Part shown: positions 24,610 to 36,874 of the stretch, in pieces
Numbering within the stretch: the stretch's first letter is position 1
Layout: each line of letters starts with the position of its first letter
NCBI RefSeq assembly: GCF_964188315.1
Contig: NC_135658.1
Location: 29,078,001-29,142,000 of the forward strand
Source of the DNA: Podarcis muralis
Lineage: Eukaryota
Length of the DNA: 64,000 nucleotides
Reading direction: 5' to 3'
The notes under the pieces: model-generated
The model's database searches: none
What the model saw: the letters and a program-made list of their open reading frames with translations, nothing else
What the model was told of the DNA's origin: nothing
Translations under genes and position numbers: made by a program

Positions 24610-27464
24610 ACGGAGGTTTTATGACTTCAAACTGATCCCTTTTTGACATAATCACCCAGAACTATCGGATCTGAATACTTCTTGTCATTAAAATAATCAT
24701 TTCCAATCAAATCAATTATTCGACATGGCATTTTACCCCCACCAACTTCTTCTAAAATGCTCCACACAAGCGTACATGTGAACAAAAACGTAAAAAAAGA
24801 CATGTGGCCATAGCTCAAAAACTTGACCTGATTGAGCAAAACCAATGTGATTTTTGGATTCAGCGCATCAGATTTGTCCTAAATCAACTGAAAAAACGCA
24901 GACAACAAATTTGTTGTTGACCAGTGAATTGATTTCAGTGGACTGCACTGTTAACCTCAGTCCGTGACCATTTTAGTCGGAAATATGTCATCCACTGATT
25001 TCAGTGGAAGGCTTTCAGTCAATGGAATAAAAGGGAACTCATTCCAAGCGAGCATGTATAGGATCAGGATAGACTGTTACACATCTTCACGACATCAGTC
25101 TTTTGAGCATTATGTTTTTACAATCCCCATAGAGGCTGTGCAGGCAAAACAGCTTGATGGACTGACCCACGGGTTTTTAACTAGCTGGTTCATCATCAAA
25201 TATCCTTTGATATCCGTCAACTACAGGTGCTTCATGATAAATTGAATAATTTGGTAATGTATTTAAAGTAATTAAAATGCTGCATTACAATAAATGAGAA
25301 ATCTACTAATCCTGTTAGGGGCTAAAGGCAAGGAAAATACTCCTGCATAACTTCCATACATACACAAGTTAGATTTGCTCACCCCAAATGCTGACTCCAT
25401 TTTGTCAACTTTGACTAATGCTCTGTCTGTGACTAATTGCATCTTGCCCTACTTTTAAATCTAATTTCATCTACTCTCTGAGCCATTTCCAAAGCTCTAA
25501 CAAAAGAGAGGAATGTTAATGAAACACAATAGTCTACAAATGTATAAATCTGCAATCGTGTATATCCAATAATTTTACTGATGTATTTTAGATTTTATCA
25601 TCTCGGTACACTGCCATCTGTAATAAAAAGCATTATGGGGAGACGAAAGAGGGTAGGGTTATACAGTACAAGGCTTTTATCTATGTTTTTATGTTCTTTA
25701 TTCCAGTACAAAGCAAAATAATCATATCTGAGCCCCCAGCATAGCCCTTCGCGGAATTTTCAAATGGCTGGTACTAATTATGAGCTGTTCAGTTTACATC
25801 TAAGCTGAAATAGGTTTCCTCCCAAAAATTCTCAGAAGAGAGCTGCCGGACCTTAAAGACTAAGGGTGCAATCCAGCCCCATGATCCGCTTGCTGGGTGG
25901 AGGCCATCCCATAGCAGTTCTGCCAGCCTTAGCCTTGGCTGACACAGAGCCCTCCATTCCACCAAGGTGCAGGTGGGTGGAAGTACTACTACTACTGGTA
26001 GGCTTTCCAGGAGTGGTAGCTTGCAGAAATCCCTCCAACAGGATGTTCCAGGCAGGGGCTGAGCCACCCCAGGATCCACTAGATTCCAAGTCAGCCCCGC
26101 AGCTTTCACTTGATGGCATCAAGCCCTATCCAGGCTGATTTCTATGCCAGCTGACATAGCCCACATCAGGCTTTCCTTCTCACTTTCCACCCTGAACAGG
26201 ATGAATTATGGCTATGCTGCTCTGCCCAACCTTGCTGTTGTCTGGCCAGGGTCTAGATCACTCTGGCCAGCTGCCCACAACACACTTTTGACCTTTTTGT
26301 TGCAAAAAACTAGCACCCTCTGGAAATTCTCAATTTTTTTTTAAAAAAAATTCTTTGTCAATTTAAATGTGATTACATCATCAGTGTACATCCTCAGGCT
26401 TTTAAGTTTAGATCCATCTGCACCATCTGGAATATAGCCTCTTAATTTCTTGTTTCATCTAGGTGGGGACAGGTTTCTGCCAAAGAAACTGGGGAGCTGG
26501 GTTTGAGAATGGATGCTGTTAGGAATGATTGCGCTGGAACTCTAAGCCAATTTTAGATGGTTCTTTGTGTGCACAGAGTATAACAACACAAGCAGAGCCC
26601 TGTTGGATCAGATCAAAGACCCATATAGTCCAGCATCAAGATTCCTAACAAGCGGTATTCAGAAGCATACTGCCTCTGACACTGGAGACAGAACATAGCC
26701 AAATTGGCTAGTGCCATTGATAAGCTTATTCTCCATGGAGATGCCTAATCCTCTTTTAAAGTCTCCAGGCTGGTGGCCATCACTGCGTCTTGTGGCAGCG
26801 AGTTCCATATGCTCCGTCTGAAGAAGTGCTTTCCTTTGTCTGTCCTGACCTTCCAGCATTCAGCTTCATTGCATGGCTCTGGGATTCTACTATTATGCAA
26901 GGGCGATCCCCGTTACTGCTTCCATGTTTGCAAAAATTTACACCGGTTTCTCCAGACTTCCGTTACTTGTTAAAAACAGGATTCTGAGAAAAACTGATTT
27001 TGTTTACTTAGGATGCAATATAATGGGTCATTAAAAAAAACCAAAAAACTGACGAGAAGCCAGTGCGAAAGTTAATTTACAAAATTAACAGCTGCTCTGA
27101 TAACTCGTTTTCTGCCCTGTTCAGGGGCGCACTTAATTTTGAGTGTTATTGGGTGTTTAACCAGGCCTACGTCAGTGTAACAGCACACTCTGCCAGCTGT
27201 TAGAAATGTTTGGCGATGGTGCAAGTCTGATCTGGCAAGTCAACATGGGCAGCTGACGAGGATGAAAAATGACAGTTATGTGAAAAAGAGAATGATAACC
27301 ATATGGCACCAGTATTATGCTAATACTTTAGATCTGAGGCATTATTTGGTTAGGCTTAATTTGAATGCTCCACATTTACAGACAATTTAATTATTGTGTA
27401 ATTTTATACCCAATTAAGTTTTGATCTTCCATATTGTACTAACTGTAGGCTTTCCATTCAGCAG

Positions 27465-27488
27465 GAATGGATATCTGAACAAAGCTGG
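27465..27488 (+). other. Candidate 24-nt plus-strand microexon
   Basis: Perfect TACTAAC branch point at 27437-27443, NAGNAG acceptor and TGG|GTGAGC donor. Confidence 0.35.
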
Positions 27489-27873
27489 GTGAGCAATGAG
27501 TGTAGGCTTGCGGCCTGTCATTGCTATTGGTACACTATTCTGCATGCTTTATTTGCAAATTTTACTGTGTGGGCTATGTTTTTACACTGCTGAAGCTCAA
27601 AAAGAACTCTTTCACAGATGCTAGGTTCTCTCTTTGAAGGAAGATTATACAATGGATTTGCTAATATAGCTAAACACAGAACCATAGCAACTTGCCTCTT
27701 TGTGTCAATTACAGGTTGAATCCATGTGGTGTCTGCTTATTTGATCCAGCAGAACAGAGGTTAAGGACTCAGCTATATTAGTTTTTTATTTAAAGCGTTT
27801 TAAATGTGTTATAACACTGTGACACCAGATGGTGCTGTAGAGTTCGATCCTTCAGCAACGTGATTTCCCATTA

Positions 27874-28115
27874 CAGTGGTACCTCGGGTTACATACGCCT
27901 CAGGTTACATACGCTTCAGGTTACACACTCCGCTAACCCAAAAATAGTGCTTCAGGTTAAGAACTTTGCTTCAGGATGAGAACAGAAATTGTGCTCTGGC
28001 GGCGCGGCGGCAGCAGGAGGCCCCATTAGCTAAAGTGGTGCTTCAGGTTAAGAACAATTTCAGGTTAAGAACGGGCCTCCGGAACGAATTAAGTACTTAA
28101 CCCGAGGTACCACTG
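27874..28115 (+). mobile_element. Tigger/pogo-like MITE, complete
   Basis: TIRs CAGTGGTACCTCGGGTTA / TAACCCGAGGTACCACTG with TA TSD. Confidence 0.95.
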
Positions 28116-28789
28116 TATGAGCTTTACAACATGTTTTCCAGCGTGTTTTCCTTTACAACGTGTTTCAACTTTTTTTGATGTGTCTAGATCCAGCCCAGGC
28201 CAATCTTCAGTGATTCCTGCGCCCCACTCCTGCCATCCAACATCCCTCTAAATCTGGAGGACCTTTTGGAATTTTTGGATTGTGTTCCCATTCCCCTGAC
28301 AAAAAGCCAAGTGTCTGACTCAGCCAGAACTCACTGGAACTCAGTTCCGGCACCTTTCAGGTAAGGCGCCATTGCCATTCTAAGAGAATGAGGGAGGTGT
28401 TCATTGTAGGTTCTGGCACCTTTCCCCCCAGAAAAAATAGCACTGCTACACTTTATACATTTCAAGGATATGATGTCCCTCCCAAAATCCCAGGAACTGT
28501 AGTTTGCTAAGGGTGCTGTGAATTGTAGTTCTGTGAGGGGTAAACCACAGTTTCCAGGATACTTTGGGATAAGACAAATGGTTTCATGTCTGGTGTGGTT
28601 GGAGCCACAATCTAGCAGCTTCTTGTGTTCCTGTTATAACTGAAACAACCGCAGAATTGCTTCTGTGTTTATTCCTGCCTGTCCTTCACTCCCCTTCTTC
28701 TGTTTTAGTTTGTAAGCCCCTCAGGGCTTTACTATGTAAAGTGCCGTGCACATTGATTCAACAACAACAACAACACAAACTAATACAAT

Positions 28790-29270
28790 AGCCACGGAGA
28801 GACCATGTCAGAATTAAGCACCATCTTTTAAAAACCTCAAAGCAAATCTCAAAACCTCAAAGCCAAGTAAAAACTGCGCATAAGACTAACTCTTTATAAA
28901 AAGGGTTTCGCCATACAGTGGAAAGCTACAAGGGGGAAGCAAGGGCCGAGGGGAGTTTCCCTTTGCAGGGACTTCCAAAGGCTCTCTCGACTCCAGCCAA
29001 ATGTACTGGGTCAATGGGACACACAACAGCGGCATTCTTTGATGACCTTAATGAGCAGACAGACTCAAATGGGAGGATGTATTCCAGGCTATCCAGGTCC
29101 CAAAACATAAATGGATTTAAAGGTCAGCAGCAGTACTTTGAACTGGGCTCGGAAACGAATCAGCTGTTTTCAGCAAGGGAGTTGCATGCTTCAGATAAGC
29201 AGTGCCAGTTAACAACTTGGCTGCAGCATTCTGGGCCAATTAAAGTTCCCAGACATTTTTCAAAGGCACC
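28790..29270 (-). mobile_element. L2 LINE ORF2 3' fragment
   Basis: Minus strand reads NAAAKLLTG and ...FKVLLLTFKSIYVLGPG-like. Confidence 0.8.
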
Positions 29271-30419
29271 CATACATACAACGCATTCCAGAAATCTAGA
29301 CATGATATAAGTCATTAGTGATGTTCCACCTCTGTATTTCACTCCAGGCATTATTATCTTTAGATAGGGCAGGTAAAATCTAGTCAGTGTCCCTACTTCT
29401 TAAGTTGAATTGGGCCACTGATGACATTTTTAATTTTATTTCATGACCTGAAAGTTTAGGGGCAGCTTTTTCCCCTCAGGTCCATGGCTGTGCAAATGAA
29501 CTCCCCTAAGAATTCTGGGGTGTTTCCTCCTTTCTGCCTCTCTCCCAAGGGGGTTCATCCCTAATATTCCATCGTGTAATAATCCTCCCCAAGCAAAGCC
29601 CTTATCTCTGCAGTACTGAAGGATGATATCACTGCTAGTTCAGCTGTCTAGGCAGCCAGTGCATTCCTTCCTGGTATCGTCCAGGATGAAAAGTCAAGTG
29701 TGTGTGTGTACTGAGGTGGGGGAGGCAGCATAGCCTTGGTTACAACACCTGTCAGCATGGCGATAGCATGATGCATTTTTCAATGTCCTAACCTGTAGAG
29801 GCAAGGAAGACCGAGAGCAGCCCAGGAGACGGATTGCCGCAGGGGTGTCAGGAGCTGCTGGGGCGAAAAAGGAGCAGCTATGTCCACTCCAAACACATTG
29901 GGTAAGCTGCCAAATATTTTAAAAATCACTCCATCTGGCAGAAAGCCACAGTATTTCGGCTGTAGCGTGGGATGTTCTAAAGCCCTTTAGCTTTGACATC
30001 TCAGTTTGCTGCTGCCATTGTTGGCTTTCAGATGAACATGAGATGCTATATCTTCCCAGGGGCGGGGAAGCTTCTCCAGCCCAAGGCTGAAGGCTGAGCA
30101 GCCTTCTGAGGGGAAGATGCCAGAGGCAAAAGCAAACAGAAATGCAAATGTGGGTTTTATTTATTTATTTCTCACATTTAAAGACCACCTTAATCTTTCA
30201 AGAATCTTGAGGTGGTGTACACCAGTGCCAGGTTACCAAATAGGCAGAGTAGGCACTGGACTAAGGTCTCCATGCCTTTTAGTGACCCCGCAACAATGGA
30301 TTGTGTAATAAAATTGGTTTATTAAAATGGTAAGATCAAAAACGTATTAGGAGAAAATTTGTGAAGGGCCTCCAAGATTTTCATGCTTAGAACCGTCCAC
30401 AGGGTTTAATTCAGCACCT

Positions 30420-30580
30420 GCATACATGGTTTCATCCTCACAACAATCCTGTGAGGTAGGTTTGGCTAAGAGATAGTGACTGGGCCAAGGGTCATCCAGT
30501 GAGCTTTGTGGCTGAGTGGGGATTCAAACCCTAGTCTCCCAGGTCCTAGTCCAACACTAACCATTACGCCACAATGGCTC
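30420..30580 (-). mobile_element. MIR-like CORE SINE fragment
   Basis: atcctcacaacaatcctgtgaggtagg...gggattcaaaccc...aaccattacgccaca is the typical CORE-SINE antisense signature. Confidence 0.8.
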
Positions 30581-31490
30581 ATTTCCCAGTAGGCTAATTT
30601 CTTCACACTTACATACCGCTGTCTAGCCAGGAAAGCCAGAAGCTTGATCAGAGTTCAAGAGCACACTCCAGGCAGACAAAAACACTTGAGGTTGTGAAGC
30701 AAGGCTGGTGAGGAGTATGGGTGTGTATCCTGGGGGAGAGTCCTGAGAGGCCTACATTTAGCCCCGTTGGTCTGAGGTTCCCTACCCCAGCTAAGCATGA
30801 TGCTAGAAGGACACACCTGGACCTTTCCTACTGTCTTGTTGCCCTTCCTTGTAGCATGTCATAGAAATGAAATGATAGTGGTTCCTCAAGCAGACATTTC
30901 CACCTCAGCTTCACAAGTGGGGATACAGAACCTATGACCCTTCAGATGTTATGGAACTCTGAGGCAAGGGAGGGGAGCCAAGGAGCCATGTCTCTCGGGA
31001 GAGGGGTGGAAATGTAGAAAGTTGAGGTGTGAATTCTGGAATGGCTGCATTCCCTAACCCTAAACTATCATGGCTTTTCCATTTTAGTCACAGCTGCACT
31101 TTATACAAGTGCATATGCTAATAGAATGGCACTTGGGGATTGAAGGGGAGGATGGACAAATAAGCTGTGAGGACAAGCAGCAGCCTGGAAGTAGGACAAG
31201 CTGGTGTGTCCTACTTTCTGGCTACAAGTCAAGAAAGGGCTGGGGACATAGCCCATTGGGCTGCAAAGCATGGACTTGAGAAGAAGTGGGTGAAAGCTAG
31301 GAGTGGGACACATTAGAGTGGGAAGGGCAGTGGCAGAGCAACTACATTCTATGCAGAAAGTCCCAGGTTCTCTGCCAGCTTCAGGTAGGTGTAAGAAGAA
31401 CGGCTGCCAATCAGTGTGGATAATATAGAGCTAGATGGGCCAGTGATTCGACTCAGTATATAGTGACTCCCTATGTTCCTATAAGTGAAG

Positions 31491-31856
31491 GTAAAGGTAA
31501 AGGGACCCCTGACCATTAGGTCCAGTCGTGACCGACTCTGGGGTTGCGGTGCTCATCTCACTTTCTGGGCCAAGGGAGCTGGTGTACAGCTTCCGGGTCA
31601 TGTGGCCAGCATGACTAAGCCGTTTATGACGAAACAGAGCAGTGCACGGAAACGCCGTTTACCTTCCCGCCGGAGCGGTACCTATTTATATACTTGCACT
31701 TTGATGTGCTTTCAAACTACTAGGTTGGCAGGAGCAGGGACCGACCAATGAGAACTCACCCCGTCGCGGGGATTCGAACCGCTGAACTTCTGATCGGCAA
31801 GTCCTATAGCTCAAGCAAGTTCTGATCGGTTTAACCCACAGCGCCACCCGCGTCCC
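31491..31856 (-). mobile_element. Sauria SINE, full length
   Basis: Head and tail present. TSD ataagtgaag at 31481-31490 and 31864-31873. Confidence 0.93.
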
Positions 31857-33590
31857 TATCCCAATAAGTGAAGTGGGGTCACTTTTCTTCCTGTAGATAG
31901 GAGAGAACCTCCGCACTGGATTCTCTCAGATTACCAACAGATGCTGGGCTGTTCTGGAGGACCTGTTTATTGATTTATTTTCACAAAGTTTGCCTGGAGG
32001 TTATAGGGTGTCCACTGTTCATTGAGCATGCATTCCTATTTGTTTGTGCAAAGGTTATATAATGTTGCATCAAATGAATGTTAGTTCACACTCTACAGTG
32101 AATTTCCTGTTACTTTCCTTACGGCAAAAAGCTGCTTGGGGTGGGTTGTGTATGTGTGTGCAGATTTTTTGTGCAGGACTGCAAGACAACCAAATTCACT
32201 TAATTGCACATCCTAAATTTGCCAGTATATGATTGAATCTTACCCAGAAATGGGTGAGTGAAAGCAGCCACTATGTTACAGGAAAGAACAGGCAAATAAA
32301 TGCTCAGTAACTTTCCCATTCAATGGTTGACATCAGTTCACAATGTCCATTGACTTTAGCTGTTTGCACTCTTCCACTGACTCTCCACCCAGTGGACTCC
32401 CACTGCTGGTTTGGGAGGTGGTATACACACGATGTTAGCCACAATCCACATCTATCCTGTTGTTTCTTATGAAATAATACATTTTGATGGGCTTTCCCCC
32501 AAACCGGCTTCACTCCAAATTGAGAAAAACAACAACACAGCTGCTAATTTAAGTGGTTACAGCAATAGATTCCAGGTAATTATGACTGGATTAAAATTCC
32601 AAATGTAACCATCATACTAATCAACTTGTGCACTGCTTTTGTATTCAAGGAAGACCATCAGATTGGAAGACAAAGATTGCTCTGATCTTTCTTTTGCTGC
32701 AGTCTGCATCAGCATGTTTCAACTTGCTCTTTCAATCCAATTATCAATTAGAACAACTGGCGAGCAGTGTGAATGCTGTGCTAATGGCTGCAATGTTATT
32801 TATAAACAGTTAAAGGCAGAGAAGTGCCATTTGAATTCCAGTGTGAGCTATATGCAGACCCAGAGGTCCCTAATGCACAATTTGTGGGCTGCAAAATAGA
32901 GGCCATTATTCTTAGGCTGCTGTTTGATTTGTCATGACAGAAGGAAATAGTATTCTGCCAAGTGTTCTCCATGATTGGTTAATTTAAATGGCATCTTAAA
33001 TCCTACAGAGATGCAAGAGGATTTCATATTGTTCTCTTTTACATGTGTTTAGTGGCAGCAGGTATGCTTGGCATTGCACAGGGTATTCAATTGCTTTAGT
33101 TCGCTGTGGCCGTCCTGCAATCCAGGCTGGCGCAAAGAGAAAGGAATTTTTACTTATTTAATGTAAATTGCTCTTATATCCCACCCTTCCTCCACAAGAC
33201 ATCTTGCAACAGCAATGTGCAATACAAAACAAAATTGTGCATTCATTGTAAAAATTGCAGCACTAGAGCCTCTGCTGTAACTAGCACCATCATCATGGCA
33301 AATAAATATGTGTTCACCTATCATCCATGAATAGCTAATGTGGAAGATTTCCATTTCATTTCGCTGCGAGTTCCATAAACAGGGCACTACCACTAAGAAT
33401 GCTCTGTCTTTGCCCATCACACTAACCAGTGAAACCATGAGCAACAACTCTCCAGAAGATCTTAAGGCTCTGGGTGGCAGGTATTAGGAAAGGTGTCATC
33501 TTGGCTCCAGATAGTTTAGCATACAGAGAGGTCCCAAATGGACAGTACAGTCAATGGACACGAGTTGTAGTCCAATGACATCTGGAGGGT

Positions 33591-33946
33591 AAGTAAAGGT
33601 AATGGGACCCCTGACCATTAGGTCCAGTTGTGGCCGACTCTGGGGTTGCGGCGCTCATCTCGCTTTATTGGCCAAGGGAGCTGGCATACAGTTTCCGGGT
33701 CATGTGGCCAGGATGACTAAACTGCTTCTGGAGAACCAGAGCAGCACACGGAAACGGCGTTTACCTTCCCGCCGGAGCGGTAGCTATTTATCTACTTGCA
33801 CTTTGACGTGCTTTCGAACTGCTAGGTTGGCAGAAGCTGGGACCGGACAACGGGGGCTCACCCTGTTCGCGGGGATTCGAACCGCTGACCTTCTGATCGG
33901 CAAGTCCTAGGCTCTGTGGTTTAACCCACAGCGCCACCCGTGTCCC
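33591..33946 (-). mobile_element. Sauria SINE, full length
   Basis: Head and tail match the other copies. Interrupts a palindromic MITE remnant. Confidence 0.92.
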
Positions 33947-34985
33947 AGGGGTGGGGTACAAGTAATAAATTAACAACTATTCTTTATTATTTGCATCTCT
34001 TTTCCCTCCCCTCTTTTCTTGCTAGTGTAGTTTTTGATGAATTCTGACTATCTAAATGGATTCCTATAAGTTATGTAAACATAGCCTATTCTTCAAACAA
34101 GTAACCTTTTTCAGTAATTCAAAGAATATGTGTGGTTCAGGATACAAACTAGCCCCCTCAGCATTTCTCTCTCTGCTTCCAGTGTTCCTGTGTTGAGCAA
34201 GAAGATCTGAAGGTAGATTCCTCACACGTTTGGAAGGATGTGCAAAGAATCTTCCTCCCGACCAGGAAGTCAATCCAGGCTTCTAACGTCTTCAGCTAAA
34301 GTGTGAATAATTTGGCCTTCAAGCATGACGACACAAAGAAAAAGAGTTTCACACAACTTACAAAGAACAGGGTTAAGGGAAAACATTCATTACAAACAGC
34401 ATAAACATAGGTTTTTAATACTGGATATGAGAAAATGAACAATATAAATGAATATAAGGAAAGCACTCATTTATCTCACTTACAGGCCAGCAGCCCAGTA
34501 ATTATTATCTAAAAGAAAAACCAATATACATCATGATGGTTAGAACCTCAGACAGGCCCAAAATATAGAACTTAAGATTGCATTATATTCTATTAAGAGA
34601 ATGCTTTGCCCATCTGAGATTCTAACCCACGTGATCTGTATTTAATTTTTTTTTTTTTTGGTTTCAGATAATAATTAGTGGGCCTCTGAAGAAGACTAAA
34701 TGTCAAAACGCAGCTGCCGTTAGGAATTTAGGAACACTTTTTAAAAATCCATGGTGGCCTCTAAGTGAAATAAATAAGTGCATTCCATATATGTATGCTC
34801 ATTTATAATTTTCATTTTATCTTATGGAATATGAAAATTCCATTAATGTGCTTTACCTTAACTGTTTTAAAGCAACAGTGGCCATCTTGCATCTTTGTGT
34901 TTCCGCCACATCTATTCCCCCCCCCTTTGAATGGCTGAACAGGGCTTTTGTGTCACTTAACTAATCACACATTCTTCCCCTATTT

Positions 34986-36088
34986 CAGTGTTTCCCAACC
35001 GGTGTTCCGCGGCACACTAGTGTGCCGCGAGATGTTGCCTGGTGTGCCGCGAGATGTTGCCTGGAGGGAGGCGGGCGAGGGCGTTTGCTTCCCGGAGGAC
35101 GGAGCGAGGGCGCCCCCTGCTGGGCCGGGGCTCGCTCTCCCCAGAGGGTAAATCTGGATCAAATGGGGCAAGGGGCGGGCAGAATTCTGGGGGCCACTGA
35201 TGCCCTACAGACCCCCCCCAAGTCCTCCGGGGCGCACGCTCTGCTGGGCTCTTTTCGGTCGTCGTGCTTGTGGGAAGCCGCCCCTTCCCTGGGCGACGCG
35301 CCGCCTCGCGACTCCGGAGTCAGTCCCGCGGGCTCTCGGAGGGACTCGCGAGCGACGGCGCGGCGGCTCCGGGGCGCGCTCAGCCGGTCCGCCGCGCGCC
35401 CCCGCGCAGCCCCTGCTGCAGCTGCCCGGCGTGGAGCGCGACGCGGAGCCGGCCGGGCTTGGAGGCGCCCAGGTAGGGCCGAGCCGGGCGGGGGCGGGGA
35501 GGTCTCGGTCTGCTGCGGGCGCAGGAGGGCGAGCGGGAGAGGGGGAGCCGTCGGGTCTCCTGGAAGGAAGCGAGGCGGCGGCTGAGGGGGATGCAGCCCC
35601 GTCCCCAGCAACAGGCGCTCCTCGAAGTGAGGCCACAAGTCGGGGCTCGGACAGGGCCTGGAAGCAGCGGCTCCGGCTCTTGGGAGCGGAGAAGGGGACT
35701 TCGAAAGCGGCCTGGAGGAGAAAAGCCCCGATGCAGCGAGAGCGGGGAGCGTGCTGCCTTGTCCAGGCCTCCTCGCTTTGTGTTGTCCGCTGCCGGGAGC
35801 AGGACACGGGGGCTCCTCGTTCGCATGCTTTCCCGGGTGATCGGTGAGGGTTAGGGTTAGGGTTAGGGTTAGGGTCCCTCAGTCCCTCGCTTTGCTGCCT
35901 CCTCCCCCCCCCCAAAGCTTGGAGGTTCCCCGGCAAGGGGGAGGGAAAAAAATTGAAAGTTACACTTTCGTGCGTCCCTCCCGGCGTGACGCTGCGCGCT
36001 GACGTCACGGGGCTGTAATGGTGGTGTGCCTCGATATTTTTTTCATCAAACAAGTGTGCCTTTGCCCAAAAAAGGTTGGGAAACACTG
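34986..36088. mobile_element. Non-autonomous hAT (Charlie-like) element carrying ~950 bp of CpG-island-like cargo (Pack-TIR candidate)
   Basis: Perfect 15-bp TIRs CAGTGTTTCCCAACC (34986-35000) / GGTTGGGAAACACTG (36074-36088). Perfect 8-bp TSD CCCTATTT at 34978-34985 and 36089-36096. GTGTGCC subterminal motifs at both ends. Confidence 0.93.
35845..35874 (+). repeat. Interstitial telomeric tract TGAGGG(TTAGGG)4
   Basis: Read directly, inside the hAT cargo. Confidence 0.97.
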
Positions 36089-36564
36089 CCCTATTTATCA
36101 CCCCCCCCCCCAATTTCTTTCCTCTGTAGTCTTTCTTGTGTCAATTTCTAGATCTAAGCCCCTCAGGGCAGAGATCTGTGCCCTCATAATTTGTAAAAAC
36201 CCACCCCAAGCAGCTTTTTGCCATAAAGAAAGCGACAGGAAATTCACTGGAGAGTGTGAGCTAAAAATCATTTGATGCAACATTGTATAACCTATAGGAA
36301 TATAGGCATGCTCAATGAACAGTGGACACCATATAACCTCTGTGCAAACCCTGGCCACCATCCATCCATACCCTATTTTGCCATTTCTTATGAAATGACT
36401 GTGTTTTGATGTGCCTTGCCCAAAACCAGCTTCAATCCAAATTGAGAAAAGAATGACCCAGTTCCATTTTAAGCCAGAAATGTGTACACAGCCTAATTCA
36501 ACAACCAAGGGGTGGTGATAGAGGAGGAGGTGTTGAATAGCAACCATGGAAGGTGGTATGATCT

Positions 36565-36874
36565 CATACCCTCCAACATTTCTCTGATGAAAATAGGGAC
36601 TTCTCATTCCATAATGATAATTTTACTATTTATACCCCACACATCTTACTGGGTTGCCCCAGCCACTCTGGGCAGCTTCCCAGATAATAAAACTTTAAAC
36701 ATTGGGGAAAAAACCTTCCCTATACAGGATTGCCTTCAGACTGCTCAGGGGTAGGATAACTCCATACCCTCCAATGAAAATAGGGACATCCTAAGGAACA
36801 GTGGGACATTCTGGGATCAAACCATTCTCTAAACCAGGGGCATCCCTGGAAAATAGGGACACTTGGAGAGTCTG
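36565..36874. mobile_element. Composite TIR element (CATACCCTCCAA termini, duplicated left end, L2-tail cargo), copy 1
   Basis: CATACCCTCCAA at 36565 and again at 36763. Right end TTGGAGAGTCTG. Flanking tgatct duplication. Confidence 0.7.

Larger units (their letters stand above)
23291..24926 (-). mobile_element. Chapaev3 (CMC-Chapaev) DNA transposon, internally deleted
   Basis: 5' terminus CACTGGTCAACAA at 24926. Imperfect ~110-bp subterminal inverted similarity (GCAACAA..GTTGTCT..TGATTTAGG..TGAATC..ATCAGGTCA) at ~23295-23410. Transposase motifs as listed below. Confidence 0.85.

Noticed and set aside
31485-33910. Recurring 60-100 aa ORFs such as 'GPLTIRSS...PGHVASMTK'
   Set aside because: These are antisense translations of Sauria SINE copies, not genes.
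35300-35900. Telomerase RNA (TERC) hypothesis prompted by CTAACCCT on the minus strand
   Set aside because: There are four full repeats rather than a ~1.5-repeat template, and no recognisable CR4/5 P6.1 or H/ACA motifs.
35022-36113. 187-302 aa ORFs in the second GC-rich block
   Set aside because: Compositional artefacts in all frames with no transposase or other motif. Some run across the TIR boundary.
31985-36350. Inverted homology between ~31990-32190 and ~36150-36350 suggesting a large TIR element
   Set aside because: The copies are highly diverged with no TSD, and a neighbouring shared segment is in direct orientation. Best explained as old dispersed repeat copies.
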